64,000 nucleotides of DNA from an uncultured Alphaproteobacteria bacterium (GTDB taxonomy: Bacteria; Bacteroidota; Ignavibacteria; OLB7). A program made the translations under genes and the position numbers. A model generated the notes under the pieces. The model worked only from the letters and a program-made list of their open reading frames with translations, had not been told where the DNA came from and did not search any database. The stretch's first letter is position 1. The number at the start of each line of letters is the position of its first letter. Shown one piece after another: positions 18,579 through 29,192 of the stretch. The DNA is taken from positions 354,175-418,174 of the forward strand of contig CAYWXV010000001.1 in assembly GCA_964462535.1 (NCBI GenBank). The letters are read 5' to 3'.

Positions 18579-19280
18579 ATGCTGACGGCATTGTTCGTCG
18601 GCATCGTAGTCGGCCTGGTTCTTTCGCTCCCACCCGGCCCCATCTCCGTCGCGGTCATGCGCCATGCACTTGCCGGCGAATTCCGCTACGGGTTACTGAT
18701 CGGTGTCGGTGCCGCCACCATGGACACGTTCTATTCTCTGGCCGCTATCTTCGCCAGCACTGCCCTTATTGTGGCCGTCAAGGAGACCGTCATGTCGAAT
18801 GGTTGGCTCCTGTTGATACTCCAGATAGCTGCAGTTGGAGTCATGGTCAACCTGGGTTTCAAGTACATGAAACCGACGCAGGCGGACGTGCAGGAGACGG
18901 CGAGGAAGGAGGCCTCCTCCGAGGCCCGGGCCGAGAAGATCGGCGGACGCAGACCATACGTCGTGGGGATTTTCATGTCGGTCGTCAATCTGCCGAGTCC
19001 AACATTTCTTCCATCTCTGATTGCCGTCGCTACCTACCTTCATGCGAACAACTGGGTTGATTCAAGTGTCACGGAAAGCGTGTCGTATGCAATCGGATTC
19101 GGAATCGGAGCAGCCGTCTGGTTCGGCACTGTGCTGCGAACGCTCCACACCGTAAGAACGCGAATCTCGCCAACGTTCATTGGCCGGATCTACACGTTCA
19201 CTGGTGCCTCGTTCTTTCTTTTCGCCGTAGTGCTGGTGTACAACATTGTGCGAACCACCTCGTGGGAAACGCTCTGGTAG
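18579..19280 (+). CDS. LysE/RhtB family amino-acid exporter
   Basis: 233 aa, six TM helices, N-terminal SLPPGPISVAV motif typical of LysE-type translocators. Confidence 0.6.
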   Translation: MLTALFVGIVVGLVLSLPPGPISVAVMRHALAGEFRYGLLIGVGAATMDTFYSLAAIFASTALIVAVKETVMSNGWLLLILQIAAVGVMVNLGFKYMKPTQADVQETARKEASSEARAEKIGGRRPYVVGIFMSVVNLPSPTFLPSLIAVATYLHANNWVDSSVTESVSYAIGFGIGAAVWFGTVLRTLHTVRTRISPTFIGRIYTFTGASFFLFAVVLVYNIVRTTSWETLW

Positions 19281-19307
19281 TATCGGGCGATTGCGCGCGA
19301 ACAGCGC

Positions 19308-20180
19308 CTACACTGATGTCTCGATGTCAAGTGAGATGTCGGCGGCGGGAGCTGAGTGTGTCAGTGCCCCTACACTTATGAAATCCACACCGGTTGCCGC
19401 TATTTCGCGTATCGAATCGAGCGTAACGCCTCCACTCGCCTCTGTAACGAGCCTTCCTCCCACCATACGCACACCGGCCGCTATCTCACTGCAGGTCATG
19501 TTGTCGAACATGATTCGCGTGATACCGGGACACTCAACGGCTTCCGCGACCTGATCGAGCGACGCAACTTCGACCTCAATGGATGGCGGTGCGGTTCCGG
19601 GTTTCGACATCGATTCCACGGTTCGCCGAACGGCCGCGGCAATCGACCCGCACGCCGCGATGTGATTGTCCTTGATCATCGCCATGTCGTACAGCCCGAT
19701 GCGATGGTTTACTCCTCCGCCCACCAACACGCTGTACTTATCCAGCCGTCGCCAGCCGGGGATCGTCTTTCGCGTATCGGTGACCTTTGCCGCCGACCCG
19801 GCCACGGCATCGACATACTTGCGGGTCAGCGTCGCAACGCCGCTCATCCTCTGCAGAAAGTTGAGAATCGTCCTCTCGGCGGTCAGCAGTGAACCAAGCG
19901 GGCCAGCAACAAGGGCAATCGAGGTCCCGCGCGGTATGGACGCCCCCTCGATGCTGGTCCAGGTTATTGACAGGTCTCGATCAACTTCCGATGCAACCAA
20001 CTGCGCGACCAAGGTCCCGCAAAGCACGCCATCTGTCTTCATTCGAATGATCGCCCGTGCGGTACGATCCGGATCCACTGTAGCCTCAGCTGTGACATCA
20101 CCTGTACCGATATCTTCGGCCAGGGCAATCTGTACCAGGCGAACGATGGACATGTCCTGGTCCAATGGCGTTTGCTTCAT
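19308..20180 (-). CDS. nadC: nicotinate-nucleotide pyrophosphorylase (carboxylating)
   Basis: 290 aa. Motifs TRKTIPGWR, GGGVNHRIGLYDMAMIKDNHI and MFDNM match quinolinate phosphoribosyltransferase. Confidence 0.9.
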   Translation of the reverse strand: MKQTPLDQDMSIVRLVQIALAEDIGTGDVTAEATVDPDRTARAIIRMKTDGVLCGTLVAQLVASEVDRDLSITWTSIEGASIPRGTSIALVAGPLGSLLTAERTILNFLQRMSGVATLTRKYVDAVAGSAAKVTDTRKTIPGWRRLDKYSVLVGGGVNHRIGLYDMAMIKDNHIAACGSIAAAVRRTVESMSKPGTAPPSIEVEVASLDQVAEAVECPGITRIMFDNMTCSEIAAGVRMVGGRLVTEASGGVTLDSIREIAATGVDFISVGALTHSAPAADISLDIETSV

Positions 20181-20266
20181 GCGCCTCTCAACTATCGTGA
20201 TTTCTTTTTGATCGTTGTGTCCAACAGGGAATATCTTGCGGTCCTCAGTAAAGAACCAGCGACCGG

Positions 20267-21811
20267 ATGCCTAGATACATAGAACCATCATATGCCCCCA
20301 ATCGAATGATGCGCCTGGCGTGCACGCTCGCGCTCCTTGTCCTTGTTGTATCACAATGGGGCATGGCGCAAGGGTCGGAATATACATTGGTCTACACTTC
20401 GACTATCACGGTGGGCAACTACGCCGGCGACGCCGACGTGGTGGAGTGTCGTGTACACGACAACGGCATGACTTCCCATCCAGTAGACACTCCGCGGGCA
20501 ATTGCAGCTCAAACGATACGCGAGTTCGAACCAAGCGCAGCGGCCATCTGTCCTGGGGGATATGTGCTTGCGTACACGGTTGAGCGTCGCGACTCGGCTG
20601 GGAACATCGATCGCGACGTGTATGCGCGACGAGTGGACTCGACTGGTTCCGATGTATGGTCAATCGACGGCCATCCGGTTGCCGTGATCGCGCAGTCACG
20701 TGTCATTGAGGAGCATCCAACCGTCCTCGCGTTGTCGGACGGGTCGTTCTTGATCGCCTATGAAGTCCGATATGGGCTTGCACGCGCAGCTGATGTAGAC
20801 ATAGCTGTCAGTCACGTTTCTGCCGACGGATCCCCCGTCGGATCCCCGTTCTGGGCCGTGAAGTCCAAGAAGGTCGAGCGAATAGCCTCCCTTGTTTCCA
20901 ACGGGAGTGACGGGGCCTACCTGGTTATCAACGTTGAAGTCTACCGTGACACCACGCTCACCAACGCCGACGTGGTCCTGCAGCGAATCGCATCTGATGG
21001 TGTTGTCGGATGGAAGGACTCGCCCGATCCGGTATCTGTTGCCACATCAAAGCACTTCGAGAGAAATGCCGTCGCGACTGCCGACGGTCAACATGGAGTT
21101 TACATCGCATACGAGCTGGAGTACGTGGGCGAAGGGCGGGATGGTGAAGTGGATATCCTCGCGCAGCGAATCGGTGAGTTTGGGCGTCGAATGTGGATCG
21201 ACGACGCATCGCTCCCCATCGTCAGCTCGTCCCCAAAGGCTCACGAAACGGAGCCAGTCATAGCAAATGTCGGGAGCGGGATCATTGTCGCATTCGAGTT
21301 CAACAGCGTTGCTGCGAGAGGAAAGGGAATCTCAGCAATCGGGCTTCAGTACCTGGACACCAACGGGCACCCAATGTGGAACGAAGGTCGGCGCTCGAAA
21401 CTCCTGGGTGTCACTGGCTCCACCGTTTCCAATCCATTAATAGCGAGCGACAACCGCGGTGGAGCATTCGCTCTGTTCGAGGCACTGGATACGGCGACGG
21501 GGAACAGGGATGTCGCTCTCCAGCACGTGACGGCGATTGGTGAAGAACTCTACGGCGACGGAAACGGCGCGATCCCTGTGTTCGATAGTGAGGAAAGCGA
21601 ATCCAAGGCCGCAATGACGACCGACCCCGCGGGGAACGTCACGATCTTTGCCGTTCGCGAGCCGAACGTAATTGGACCCGGTGCCTATACAGCCCTTGTC
21701 GGCGCCCGACTATCGTTCGATGGAGACAGATTGTGGGCAGATGGTCCGCGTGTGGTCGTCACGACGCCAACCGTCAAGTCGAGACCGTTGGTTCTGCAGT
21801 GCAGGTGGTAG
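20267..21811 (+). CDS. secreted repeat protein (about 7 x ~45-aa blades, probable beta-propeller)
   Basis: Signal peptide LALLVLVVSQWGMAQG. Recurring motif D[VI]xxQR[IV]...G...W (DVYARRVDSTGSDVW, DVVLQRIASDGVVGW, DILAQRIGEFGRRMW, DVALQHVTAIGEELYGDG...). No T9SS CTD. Confidence 0.5.
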   Translation: MPRYIEPSYAPNRMMRLACTLALLVLVVSQWGMAQGSEYTLVYTSTITVGNYAGDADVVECRVHDNGMTSHPVDTPRAIAAQTIREFEPSAAAICPGGYVLAYTVERRDSAGNIDRDVYARRVDSTGSDVWSIDGHPVAVIAQSRVIEEHPTVLALSDGSFLIAYEVRYGLARAADVDIAVSHVSADGSPVGSPFWAVKSKKVERIASLVSNGSDGAYLVINVEVYRDTTLTNADVVLQRIASDGVVGWKDSPDPVSVATSKHFERNAVATADGQHGVYIAYELEYVGEGRDGEVDILAQRIGEFGRRMWIDDASLPIVSSSPKAHETEPVIANVGSGIIVAFEFNSVAARGKGISAIGLQYLDTNGHPMWNEGRRSKLLGVTGSTVSNPLIASDNRGGAFALFEALDTATGNRDVALQHVTAIGEELYGDGNGAIPVFDSEESESKAAMTTDPAGNVTIFAVREPNVIGPGAYTALVGARLSFDGDRLWADGPRVVVTTPTVKSRPLVLQCRW

Positions 21812-21849
21812 GTCGTGCCGGCGAAGTGCCGCGCGCGCTCCTCAGCATA

Positions 21850-22887
21850 TCAAATCAGCACTTGCTGATCGGACTCCTGCCGGGGGCTGCGGCCGAAATG
21901 ACGCCAGGCCAGTGGCGTCGCTTCTCGACCACGTGGTGTTCGCTGCAGGAATCCTTCCTGAATCAGATAGGGCTCGTAGACATCCTCGACTGTACCAGCC
22001 TCCTCCCCCACAGCAACCGCAAGCGTGTTAAGCCCCACGGGCCCGCCATTGTACTTGTCGATGATTGCGAGAAGGATTCTCTTGTCCATATCGTCGAGAC
22101 CGTGCTCATCCACCTCCAAAGCCGTCAGCGCCATTTCTGCGATGGCTTTTGTGACGCGGCCGTCACCACGCACGTCCGCATAGTCTCGTGTTCTGCGAAG
22201 CAGCCGGTTGGCAATACGCGGAGTTCCCCTGGCGCGCCGAGCAATCTCCTCCCCCCCATCCCGCTCCATTTCAATCCCCAGGATGGCCGCGGACCGTCGC
22301 ACGACCTTGAAGAGATCGTCGATCGAGTAATAGTCGAGTCGATGGGTGATGCCGAATCGGCTCCTCAGCGGAGCCGTTAACAGACCCTGTCTGGTCGTAG
22401 CGCCAATGAGCGTAAATGGCTTCAACGTCAACTGAACGCTGCGGGCGTTTGGCCCGCTGTCGATCATGATATCGATGCGAAAGTCCTCCATCGCCGAATA
22501 GAGGTACTCCTCGACGACGGGTCCGAGCCGGTGGATCTCGTCAATGAACAGGACGTCCCCCTCGCCAAGGCTTGTAAGGAGGCCGGCCAGATCGCCTGGC
22601 TTTTCAAGCACCGGACCCGATGACGTCTTTATCGACGCCCCCATCTCGTTGGAGATAATGTGTGAGAGGGTGGTTTTTCCCAGGCCGGGTGGGCCGGTCA
22701 GCAGCACATGATCGAGAGCCTCACCTCGCTTACGCGCCGCCGCAATGAACACCTGCAAATTCTCCACAACCTTTGGCTGGCCAACAAATTCGCCGAACGC
22801 CCCCGGTCGGAGCGCCACGTCAACATCGGTTTCAACCGGGCTGATCCGCGCTCCGGACGTCATGTCCGACCGTGATTGCTCACTCAT
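21850..22887 (-). CDS. ruvB: Holliday junction branch migration ATPase RuvB
   Basis: Walker [13 protein letters not shown], Walker [11 protein letters not shown], full-length AAA+ RuvB pattern. Confidence 0.95.
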   Translation of the reverse strand: MSEQSRSDMTSGARISPVETDVDVALRPGAFGEFVGQPKVVENLQVFIAAARKRGEALDHVLLTGPPGLGKTTLSHIISNEMGASIKTSSGPVLEKPGDLAGLLTSLGEGDVLFIDEIHRLGPVVEEYLYSAMEDFRIDIMIDSGPNARSVQLTLKPFTLIGATTRQGLLTAPLRSRFGITHRLDYYSIDDLFKVVRRSAAILGIEMERDGGEEIARRARGTPRIANRLLRRTRDYADVRGDGRVTKAIAEMALTALEVDEHGLDDMDKRILLAIIDKYNGGPVGLNTLAVAVGEEAGTVEDVYEPYLIQEGFLQRTPRGREATPLAWRHFGRSPRQESDQQVLI

Positions 22888-22942
22888 AGTGGTGGTCCGA
22901 CCTTCGGCAAAGCCATAGTCACAGCACTCTCATTGGGCCGGA

Positions 22943-23533
22943 TCAATTCTCGTCCAGCCGATCGAGTTCGTCCCGAAGCTGCGCGGCGCGCTCGTAGTCC
23001 TCGTTGCGGACAGCCTCCTCTAGCTTCTGCTGCAGCGACTCCCGCTCGGTGCGTGGTTGATCGGTGTCGGGCGGTTCGTCTGCCACGTCGCTATCATCCC
23101 CTTCGTCCTCATCCTCATCCTGCGGTACGACCGACGCCTCCTCCATCACCTCTTCCGTGACAAAAATCGGCGCGCCACAACGAATCGCCAACGCGATGGC
23201 GTCGGATGGGCGTGCATCCAGTTGAGTATCAGTGGAGTCGAGAGCGATTGTCGCGTAGAAGGTCCCTTCTTCAAGGTCGGTGATCGTAACGTCCACAACG
23301 CGTGCGCCTAGCGCATCCAGTATGCTCTTCAACAAATCGTGCGTTACCGGTCGAGGTGGTTTGATTGCTTCGAGTTCGACCGCGATGTTTTGCGCGGCCT
23401 CTTGCCCGATGAGGATCGAAAGGCGACGGGGTCCGGCGGTCTCCTGCAGAATAAGAGCGTATGACCCCGAACTTTGGGGACTTGCGGTGAGTCCCAGTAT
23501 TTCCATCTGAACCTTGTCCACCATATCTCCCAT
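22943..23533 (-). CDS. bifunctional nuclease family protein with C-terminal UVR domain
   Basis: The N-terminal ~130 aa match the DUF151/BFN fold pattern. An acidic linker is followed by a UvrB/C-like motif (LQQKLEEAVRNEDYERAAQLRDELDRL). Confidence 0.65.
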   Translation of the reverse strand: MGDMVDKVQMEILGLTASPQSSGSYALILQETAGPRRLSILIGQEAAQNIAVELEAIKPPRPVTHDLLKSILDALGARVVDVTITDLEEGTFYATIALDSTDTQLDARPSDAIALAIRCGAPIFVTEEVMEEASVVPQDEDEDEGDDSDVADEPPDTDQPRTERESLQQKLEEAVRNEDYERAAQLRDELDRLDEN

Positions 23534-23610
23534 CTGGATGAAGCGTGGCCCGTGTGCGTCCCCCCTACAGCCGGGTCCAACGATCCGAAACCGCAGGACA
23601 CGTCATACGG

Positions 23611-24585
23611 TCAGTGTCCGTGCAGCGCCTTCACTTCGTCGGTTAGCAGCGGCAGGACTTCAAAGACATCACCTACAATGCCGTAGTCGGCTACGGAGAA
23701 GATCGGAGCGTCCTTATCCTTGTTGATCGCCACAATATATTTCGAGCTGGACATGCCAGCAAGATGCTGAACTGCGCCGCTAATCGCACACGCAACATAG
23801 AGAGACGGCGATACGGTCTTCCCCGTCTGACCAACCTGTTCCGCGTGCGGTCTCCATCCCGCGTCAACCACCGCGCGCGACGCTCCGACCGCTGCTCCCA
23901 GCGCCCCCGCGAGATTCTCAACCAGATAGAAATTCTCTGGCCCTTTGAATCCACGACCGCCGCTGACAATGATGTCGGCCTCGGCAACGTCCTTCTTCCC
24001 CGTATTGACGAGCGTCTCAACTACGCGTGAAGCAAAATCACGCTCTTCGAGTGTCACAGATGCACTTCGGACCGAAGGGGCGGCTCCGTTGGCCGAACGA
24101 GCTGTGAAGACGTTGGGGCGAAGAGAATAGACCTTCACGGGCGTAGAGATGTTGACATCAATGAAAGCCTTGCCGGCGAAGACCGGTCGTGTGGCCACGG
24201 TGGTTCCATTGACCCATGCGAGCTTGACGACGTCTGGTGCCAGCCCGGCGCTCAAGCGTACTGCAACGCGTGGCGCAAGATCCTTTCCATGCGATGTATT
24301 CGATATCAATACGACATCGGCCCCTTCGCTGGCTGCAACCTGTGCAATAGCTGACGACCACGCGCCCGGCGCAAATCTGTCGAGCCGGTCGTCCTCGACG
24401 ACAATGACATCGGCGCACCCATATGCGCCCAGCTGTTCGGCAAGCCCGCTAACCCCTGCGCCAATCAAGACGCACGCGAAGCTACCACCCGACGCGCCTG
24501 CCAGGTCGGCGGCGGCCGTCACCGTCTCAAACGCGTTCTTCTTCAACTCGCCGGCGCGCTGTTCTATATACGCTACAATCTTCAT
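23611..24585 (-). CDS. etfA: electron transfer flavoprotein subunit alpha
   Basis: FAD-binding C-terminal domain (IIVSGGRGF...SRAVVDAGWRPHAEQVGQTGKTVSPSLYVACAISGAVQHLAGM). Confidence 0.9.
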   Translation of the reverse strand: MKIVAYIEQRAGELKKNAFETVTAAADLAGASGGSFACVLIGAGVSGLAEQLGAYGCADVIVVEDDRLDRFAPGAWSSAIAQVAASEGADVVLISNTSHGKDLAPRVAVRLSAGLAPDVVKLAWVNGTTVATRPVFAGKAFIDVNISTPVKVYSLRPNVFTARSANGAAPSVRSASVTLEERDFASRVVETLVNTGKKDVAEADIIVSGGRGFKGPENFYLVENLAGALGAAVGASRAVVDAGWRPHAEQVGQTGKTVSPSLYVACAISGAVQHLAGMSSSKYIVAINKDKDAPIFSVADYGIVGDVFEVLPLLTDEVKALHGH

Positions 24586-24641
24586 TGCTTCTGGTCTGTT
24601 CTAAAGATGATTCCGATTCTTCAGGGGGCACATATCTCAGG

Positions 24642-25388
24642 TCAGATGACCTTCGCCTCTTCGTGCAGGAGCCTGACGAGCTCCTTGACGTTCTCGGGCG
24701 AGTAGTCAAGAATCTTCCCACCCTGTTTCTTCTCCGGCAGTCGCATCGAGATGGTCTCCACTCGCGTCTCCACACCCGTTGGAGCGAACTCCTCGATGGG
24801 CTTCGACTTTGCCTTCATAATATCCGGGAGCTTTGGATAGCGGGGATCGTTTAGTCCCTTTTGCGTGGTGATAATACATGGGAGCGATGCCTCAACGACC
24901 TCACGCCCACCCTCGATATCACGAACGGCGCGTACGCTGTCTCCATTGATCTCCAACTCAACGACGAATGAGACGCACGGATAGCCAAGCAACTCAGCCA
25001 ACATCGGTCCGATCTGTGCCGAGTCGTAGTCCACCGATTGACGACCGGCCAAAATGAGGTCGGCGCCACTCGCCTCGATTGCCTGAGCAAGCGCTGACGC
25101 CACCGCGAAGGAATCCGCCTTTGCATCGTCGCGAATCAACACCCCTTTGTCGGCTCCCATCGCAAGTCCCAGTCGAACCGCCTCCTTTGCTCCATCCCCC
25201 CCGACGGTCAGCAGCGTAACCGTGCCACCATCTGCCTCGCGACGGCGAAGCGCTTCTTCAACGGCGAACTCGTCATAAGGATTGAGAACGTACTTGACCC
25301 CCTTTGGGTCGATGTTCCGCCCGTCGCCGTCCACGGCAATCTTCGTGGCGGTATCGGGAGTCTGGCTGATGCAGACGACAATGTTCAT
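24642..25388 (-). CDS. etfB: electron transfer flavoprotein subunit beta
   Basis: N-terminus MNIVVCISQTPDT and the overall EtfB pattern; immediately upstream of etfA. Confidence 0.9.
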   Translation of the reverse strand: MNIVVCISQTPDTATKIAVDGDGRNIDPKGVKYVLNPYDEFAVEEALRRREADGGTVTLLTVGGDGAKEAVRLGLAMGADKGVLIRDDAKADSFAVASALAQAIEASGADLILAGRQSVDYDSAQIGPMLAELLGYPCVSFVVELEINGDSVRAVRDIEGGREVVEASLPCIITTQKGLNDPRYPKLPDIMKAKSKPIEEFAPTGVETRVETISMRLPEKKQGGKILDYSPENVKELVRLLHEEAKVI

Positions 25389-25430
25389 GACAGATCGGAA
25401 TCAACTGGTAGGTGCTCTATTAAGGCCGCG

Positions 25431-25468
25431 CAAATATAAACCCGACCGGAGTATGAACCCCGGTCGGG
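25431..25468 (-). terminator. rho-independent terminator downstream of the BNR/T9SS gene
   Basis: 9-bp perfect stem (cccgaccgg / ccggtcggg) followed, on the minus strand, by TTTATATTTG. The same T-rich tract is a TAnnTTTG-like element 43 nt upstream of the etfB ATG. Confidence 0.5.
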
Positions 25469-25539
25469 CGGATGGAAATCAGGCGCAATGGGCCCAATCC
25501 GGCTGTAACAGTGAGTTGCTCCCGCGGGCCGTGACGACA

Positions 25540-28389
25540 CTATCGATGGATCACCAGACGGGAACGGAGACGTTGTGAGCCGCTGCTGGCCTGGACGACG
25601 TACGCCCCCGGTGCAAGCGACGCCAGGTCCAGAGTACAATCGAACGATCCATCGTCGCGTGCGCCACACGTGGCGTTCATTACCTCGCGTCCAAAAAGAT
25701 CGAGGACGACGACCTCAACAACGAGCGCTCGCTGGAAAGCGCCCGTTATGATCGCAGACTCGTGCGCCGGATTCGGATAGAGGGACAACCGATTCTGCAG
25801 GCGGTCTGCCTCGTTGCCTACCGACGACGGCTGCCCGAACTCGACGTCGTCGACGTACCAGCCGTCAGCGTTGTTGAACGACCCGGTCTGCAGACGGAAT
25901 CGCACGAGCAACATCGAGGGTGATGCGGGAGGGACAATGCGTTGCCGAACTGGGAGCCAATCTCCAGCGTCGGCGGTGCGATCACCCCAACCCGCTTGGT
26001 CCGTCAGGCGATACCGTGCCAAGACAGTCCACGTAGCGCCGCTGTCATACGACACCTCGGTCACGGCCGAATCGCCCGCATCCACGATAGCTATCGTGTT
26101 AAAGGATAGTTCGATCGGTCCGTTGGCGACAACCGGCCAGATCCACGAGGAGGTATTGAGGCGTGGTTTGTAGTCACCCTGGGGGGAGTCAGTCCATGAA
26201 TGCGTCCCACTGACCGCCACCGTGGTTGTCAATCCCCACAGCGAATCAGTTCGAAAGCGAGGTTGTTCTCCTTCAAACGTCACCAGATAGGAATCGAACG
26301 ACCCGACGTATGCCAAAACCGTCTCCGAGCTCCGGCTCACATTCGCGGGGGATGCGCCGTCGGAGACCGTAGCCGAGTAGCGATAGTAGCCCCGTGACGG
26401 CGGCACGTCGGTCATCGTGATGGTGGACCCAGTATCAGACGTGGCGAGCGTTCGAGTCTCTATCGCGACACCGTCACGGTACAGCGTTACGCTCGCCAGG
26501 TTTTCGAGGGGAGAGACTGAATCCCCCCGTCGGGTGGGGAGCATTAGGTCGATCGATGAACTCGTCGCGAAGCGGTCGTAACGTTGGATAGCAGGTCCCA
26601 GGGGTGGCACCAGATCCCGTGGAATGTAGCAGACAGTGCTTACACCGCTCGTGTCAGTTTCAGTTGCAGCTACAACGCGGTACGTGTAGATCGTATCCAC
26701 CGATAGACCGGAGTCATCGTATGACCGCGTGGTTCCCGGGACCGTGCCAACAATTGCACCATCTCGGTATATCACAAACGACAAGTCGGATATCGGCTTC
26801 CCGAACAGGCTTCGTGACACATCACCGTACGCCCACGACAAGTGTGCCTTGTCGCGCGCATCCAGCCGACTTCCTACTGTCAGGTTTTCAACCGGCGCCG
26901 GAGTGTTGATGCCAACAAGCGACGTGTAGACATCGTTGTCGTCGCGCGTATCCAGGTATGATGGGTAGATCTTCCCTGCATGAAATGCGTTGCCCGAGTA
27001 GTCGCCGGCGAAGATCCTGCTTGTGTAGGGGTTGTTCCTGAAATCCGAACGCGTGTCCGTTGCGCGCCTGTCGATCCACGTCTCTCCCCCGTCGGAGCTG
27101 TATGACACGTATTGATCGATGAGGATGTTGTCGGGATCATCGCGGCTGTCGGAGTACATGACCGCTACGTCTCCGTTCGTCTGATCGACCGATATCCACG
27201 GCCACCACTGATCACCACGCGATTCAGAATGAACGACACGGGGCGCCGACCACGAGGCACCTTTGTCCGTGGACTTCTGGAAGAAGACATCAGGATTCGT
27301 ACCGGCCGCCCAACAGAGGTACAGGGTCCCGGCCCTTGGCGACGGTGAATTATCGACGGCAAGCGTCGGATATGATTCAGCACGAAACGTTTGCTTCAAC
27401 ACGTGATAGATGCTCCCAGCAGCACCTCGAGCCGTGCCATGTGTTGCATACGAGCGCACCACGTACGTCGGGGCGGTCCACGTCACGCCCGCGTCGCTCG
27501 ACCGCGCGAAGCCAATGGACCGGGCAGGGCCGTCGTTCCACACGACGTACACCGTACCGTCCGGACCCGTTGACATAAGTGGAAAGCTCTGCCCGAACGT
27601 CGTGTCGAGGCTCGTCCCCGTCTTTCGCGGACTGACGGGAATCGGTGCCGACCAATTCAGGCCCCAATCCGTCGACCGTGACATCATGATCTGCGTCGAG
27701 CTGTCGCGGTCTACGACCCTTTTCCACGGCGTGTACATATACCCACGGAATGGTGACGACGCGGAGTTGTCAATCTGGATGTAGTACTTGTCCTCAAACG
27801 CGGAGTCGGCCGTCATCGTACCCACGTGTTCAATCACCGGGATATGTGCTTCCCAGGTCTCTCCGTTGTCCGTTGAACGGGCAACGTAGATCCCCGACTG
27901 TCCCCCCTTACCCACGGTAAACGGCGGGAACGCACCGTACATCAGGTAGGCCCGCCCCAGGTAATCCCACGCAACTGAAGGGTCGTTGCCGGAGAGCCAG
28001 TTCGGTCGCACGTCACCAAGGTTCTTATTCCTCCACGACCGCCCTCCGTCGCTCGATACGTAGACGAAGGCCCCGGTCCTCGCATCCACTGCCGACGAGA
28101 TGAGGTAGTTAGGTGCAATCGGATTCACCGCGATCGACGACTCGTTCTGAGGAAACTGGTTGCTCGCAGGCTCATCGATCATGTTCCTGTTGACATAATA
28201 CCATGTGGTCCAGGAGGTTGACGACGATTGCAGCCACGGCCGGCCATCCCACTTCTCCTTTCGTTGCTCCCACTCGGGATCCAATGACGGGCGCGCCCGC
28301 TCGGCGTGATCTGGGCGTGCTACGTCTTGCCCATAGGAAATTGAGCTCGCTAGCAGGAGAAGTGCGGTGAAGAGGAGCCGGTTGCGCAT
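25540..28389 (-). CDS. BNR/Asp-box repeat (sialidase-like) protein with FN3-like region and T9SS C-terminal domain
   Basis: Signal peptide MRNRLLFTALLLLASSISYGQ; start trimmed to this Met at 28389. At least seven S-x-D-x-G-x-(T/S)-W Asp-box repeats (SSDGGRSW, STDNGETW, STDWGLNW, SSDAGVTW, STDKGASW, SSDGGETW, YDSGATW). T9SS CTD ...LSLYPNPAHESAIITG...GAYVVQASSGSQRLRSRLVIHR. Confidence 0.8.
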   Translation of the reverse strand: MRNRLLFTALLLLASSISYGQDVARPDHAERARPSLDPEWEQRKEKWDGRPWLQSSSTSWTTWYYVNRNMIDEPASNQFPQNESSIAVNPIAPNYLISSAVDARTGAFVYVSSDGGRSWRNKNLGDVRPNWLSGNDPSVAWDYLGRAYLMYGAFPPFTVGKGGQSGIYVARSTDNGETWEAHIPVIEHVGTMTADSAFEDKYYIQIDNSASSPFRGYMYTPWKRVVDRDSSTQIMMSRSTDWGLNWSAPIPVSPRKTGTSLDTTFGQSFPLMSTGPDGTVYVVWNDGPARSIGFARSSDAGVTWTAPTYVVRSYATHGTARGAAGSIYHVLKQTFRAESYPTLAVDNSPSPRAGTLYLCWAAGTNPDVFFQKSTDKGASWSAPRVVHSESRGDQWWPWISVDQTNGDVAVMYSDSRDDPDNILIDQYVSYSSDGGETWIDRRATDTRSDFRNNPYTSRIFAGDYSGNAFHAGKIYPSYLDTRDDNDVYTSLVGINTPAPVENLTVGSRLDARDKAHLSWAYGDVSRSLFGKPISDLSFVIYRDGAIVGTVPGTTRSYDDSGLSVDTIYTYRVVAATETDTSGVSTVCYIPRDLVPPLGPAIQRYDRFATSSSIDLMLPTRRGDSVSPLENLASVTLYRDGVAIETRTLATSDTGSTITMTDVPPSRGYYRYSATVSDGASPANVSRSSETVLAYVGSFDSYLVTFEGEQPRFRTDSLWGLTTTVAVSGTHSWTDSPQGDYKPRLNTSSWIWPVVANGPIELSFNTIAIVDAGDSAVTEVSYDSGATWTVLARYRLTDQAGWGDRTADAGDWLPVRQRIVPPASPSMLLVRFRLQTGSFNNADGWYVDDVEFGQPSSVGNEADRLQNRLSLYPNPAHESAIITGAFQRALVVEVVVLDLFGREVMNATCGARDDGSFDCTLDLASLAPGAYVVQASSGSQRLRSRLVIHR

Positions 28390-28561
28390 TGCGGGTCGCG
28401 GAAATGAAGTGGGAGGAGAACGCGCATCGCGGGGATGACCCCGGTACGCACCAAGGGGTTGGGTGTCGTTGAATGTACACCGGCGGGTGTCCTTGTCAAA
28501 GCCGACACCGCGGCAACAGAGTTGATCACCACGTGGCGCAGGCGAATGCCTATATTCGGGC

Positions 28562-29080
28562 ATGCATCGGATCAACTTCGCCCGAAACGCGGGTCTCCCT
28601 TCTATAGATGCCGGCTCGTTGAGATCGGCCTTGCGACAATTCGCGTCCGGAGTCACAATTGTCACTGCGGCGCATGAAGGAACGCTTTCAGGAATCACAG
28701 TCTCGGCGTTCAGCTCGATCTCACTAGAACCGCCGATCGTCATGGTCTCCATCAACAGCGAAAGCTCGCTCGTCGAGAACCTCCTTCAAGCGGAACATTT
28801 TGGAGTGAACGTGCTCCATGCATCTCAGGAGGAGCTTGCGCGGCGGTTCGCAGAGTCCATCCCCCCCAACGAAAAGTTCGATGGAGTGCAACTCGAGTTC
28901 GGCCGCAGTGGAGCACCGCGAATTGTCGGCGCCGTTGCCTGGCTCGATTGTGTTCTCGATCAGTCATTGAGAGTCGCAACGCACACACTGATGTTTGGAC
29001 GCGTTGTGGAGACGGTTACGCTCGACCATCCGGACGACCCCCTTCTCTACTACTTCAAGCACTATCGTCGACTGGCCTGA
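28562..29080 (+). CDS. flavin reductase family protein (NAD(P)H:FMN oxidoreductase domain)
   Basis: 172 aa. FASGVTIVTAAHEGTLSGITVSAFSSISLEPPIVMVSI is typical of HpaC-like flavin reductases. Confidence 0.75.
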   Translation: MHRINFARNAGLPSIDAGSLRSALRQFASGVTIVTAAHEGTLSGITVSAFSSISLEPPIVMVSINSESSLVENLLQAEHFGVNVLHASQEELARRFAESIPPNEKFDGVQLEFGRSGAPRIVGAVAWLDCVLDQSLRVATHTLMFGRVVETVTLDHPDDPLLYYFKHYRRLA

Positions 29081-29192
29081 CCTAGCCGCTGGGCAGGTTG
29101 TCCGATCCCCCCCTATGTGCTAGTTTCGCGCCGGTTTCCGCACGTGAGTTCTCAGCTCCGCACTTCCCGACCAATCCAACGCTTTACCCAAC

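Noticed and set aside
20521-20545. gagttcgaacc, a tRNA T-loop-like motif
   Set aside because: Inside a CDS. No acceptor or anticodon arms can be folded around it.
25540-28755. Upstream in-frame extensions of several ORF-track genes (BNR protein to 28755, S8 protease from TTG 56071, livG from 32099, octaheme B to 14682, Rieske to 15728)
   Set aside because: Each extension precedes a clear signal peptide or overlaps the neighbouring gene. Starts were trimmed to the Met or GTG that gives a canonical N-terminus.
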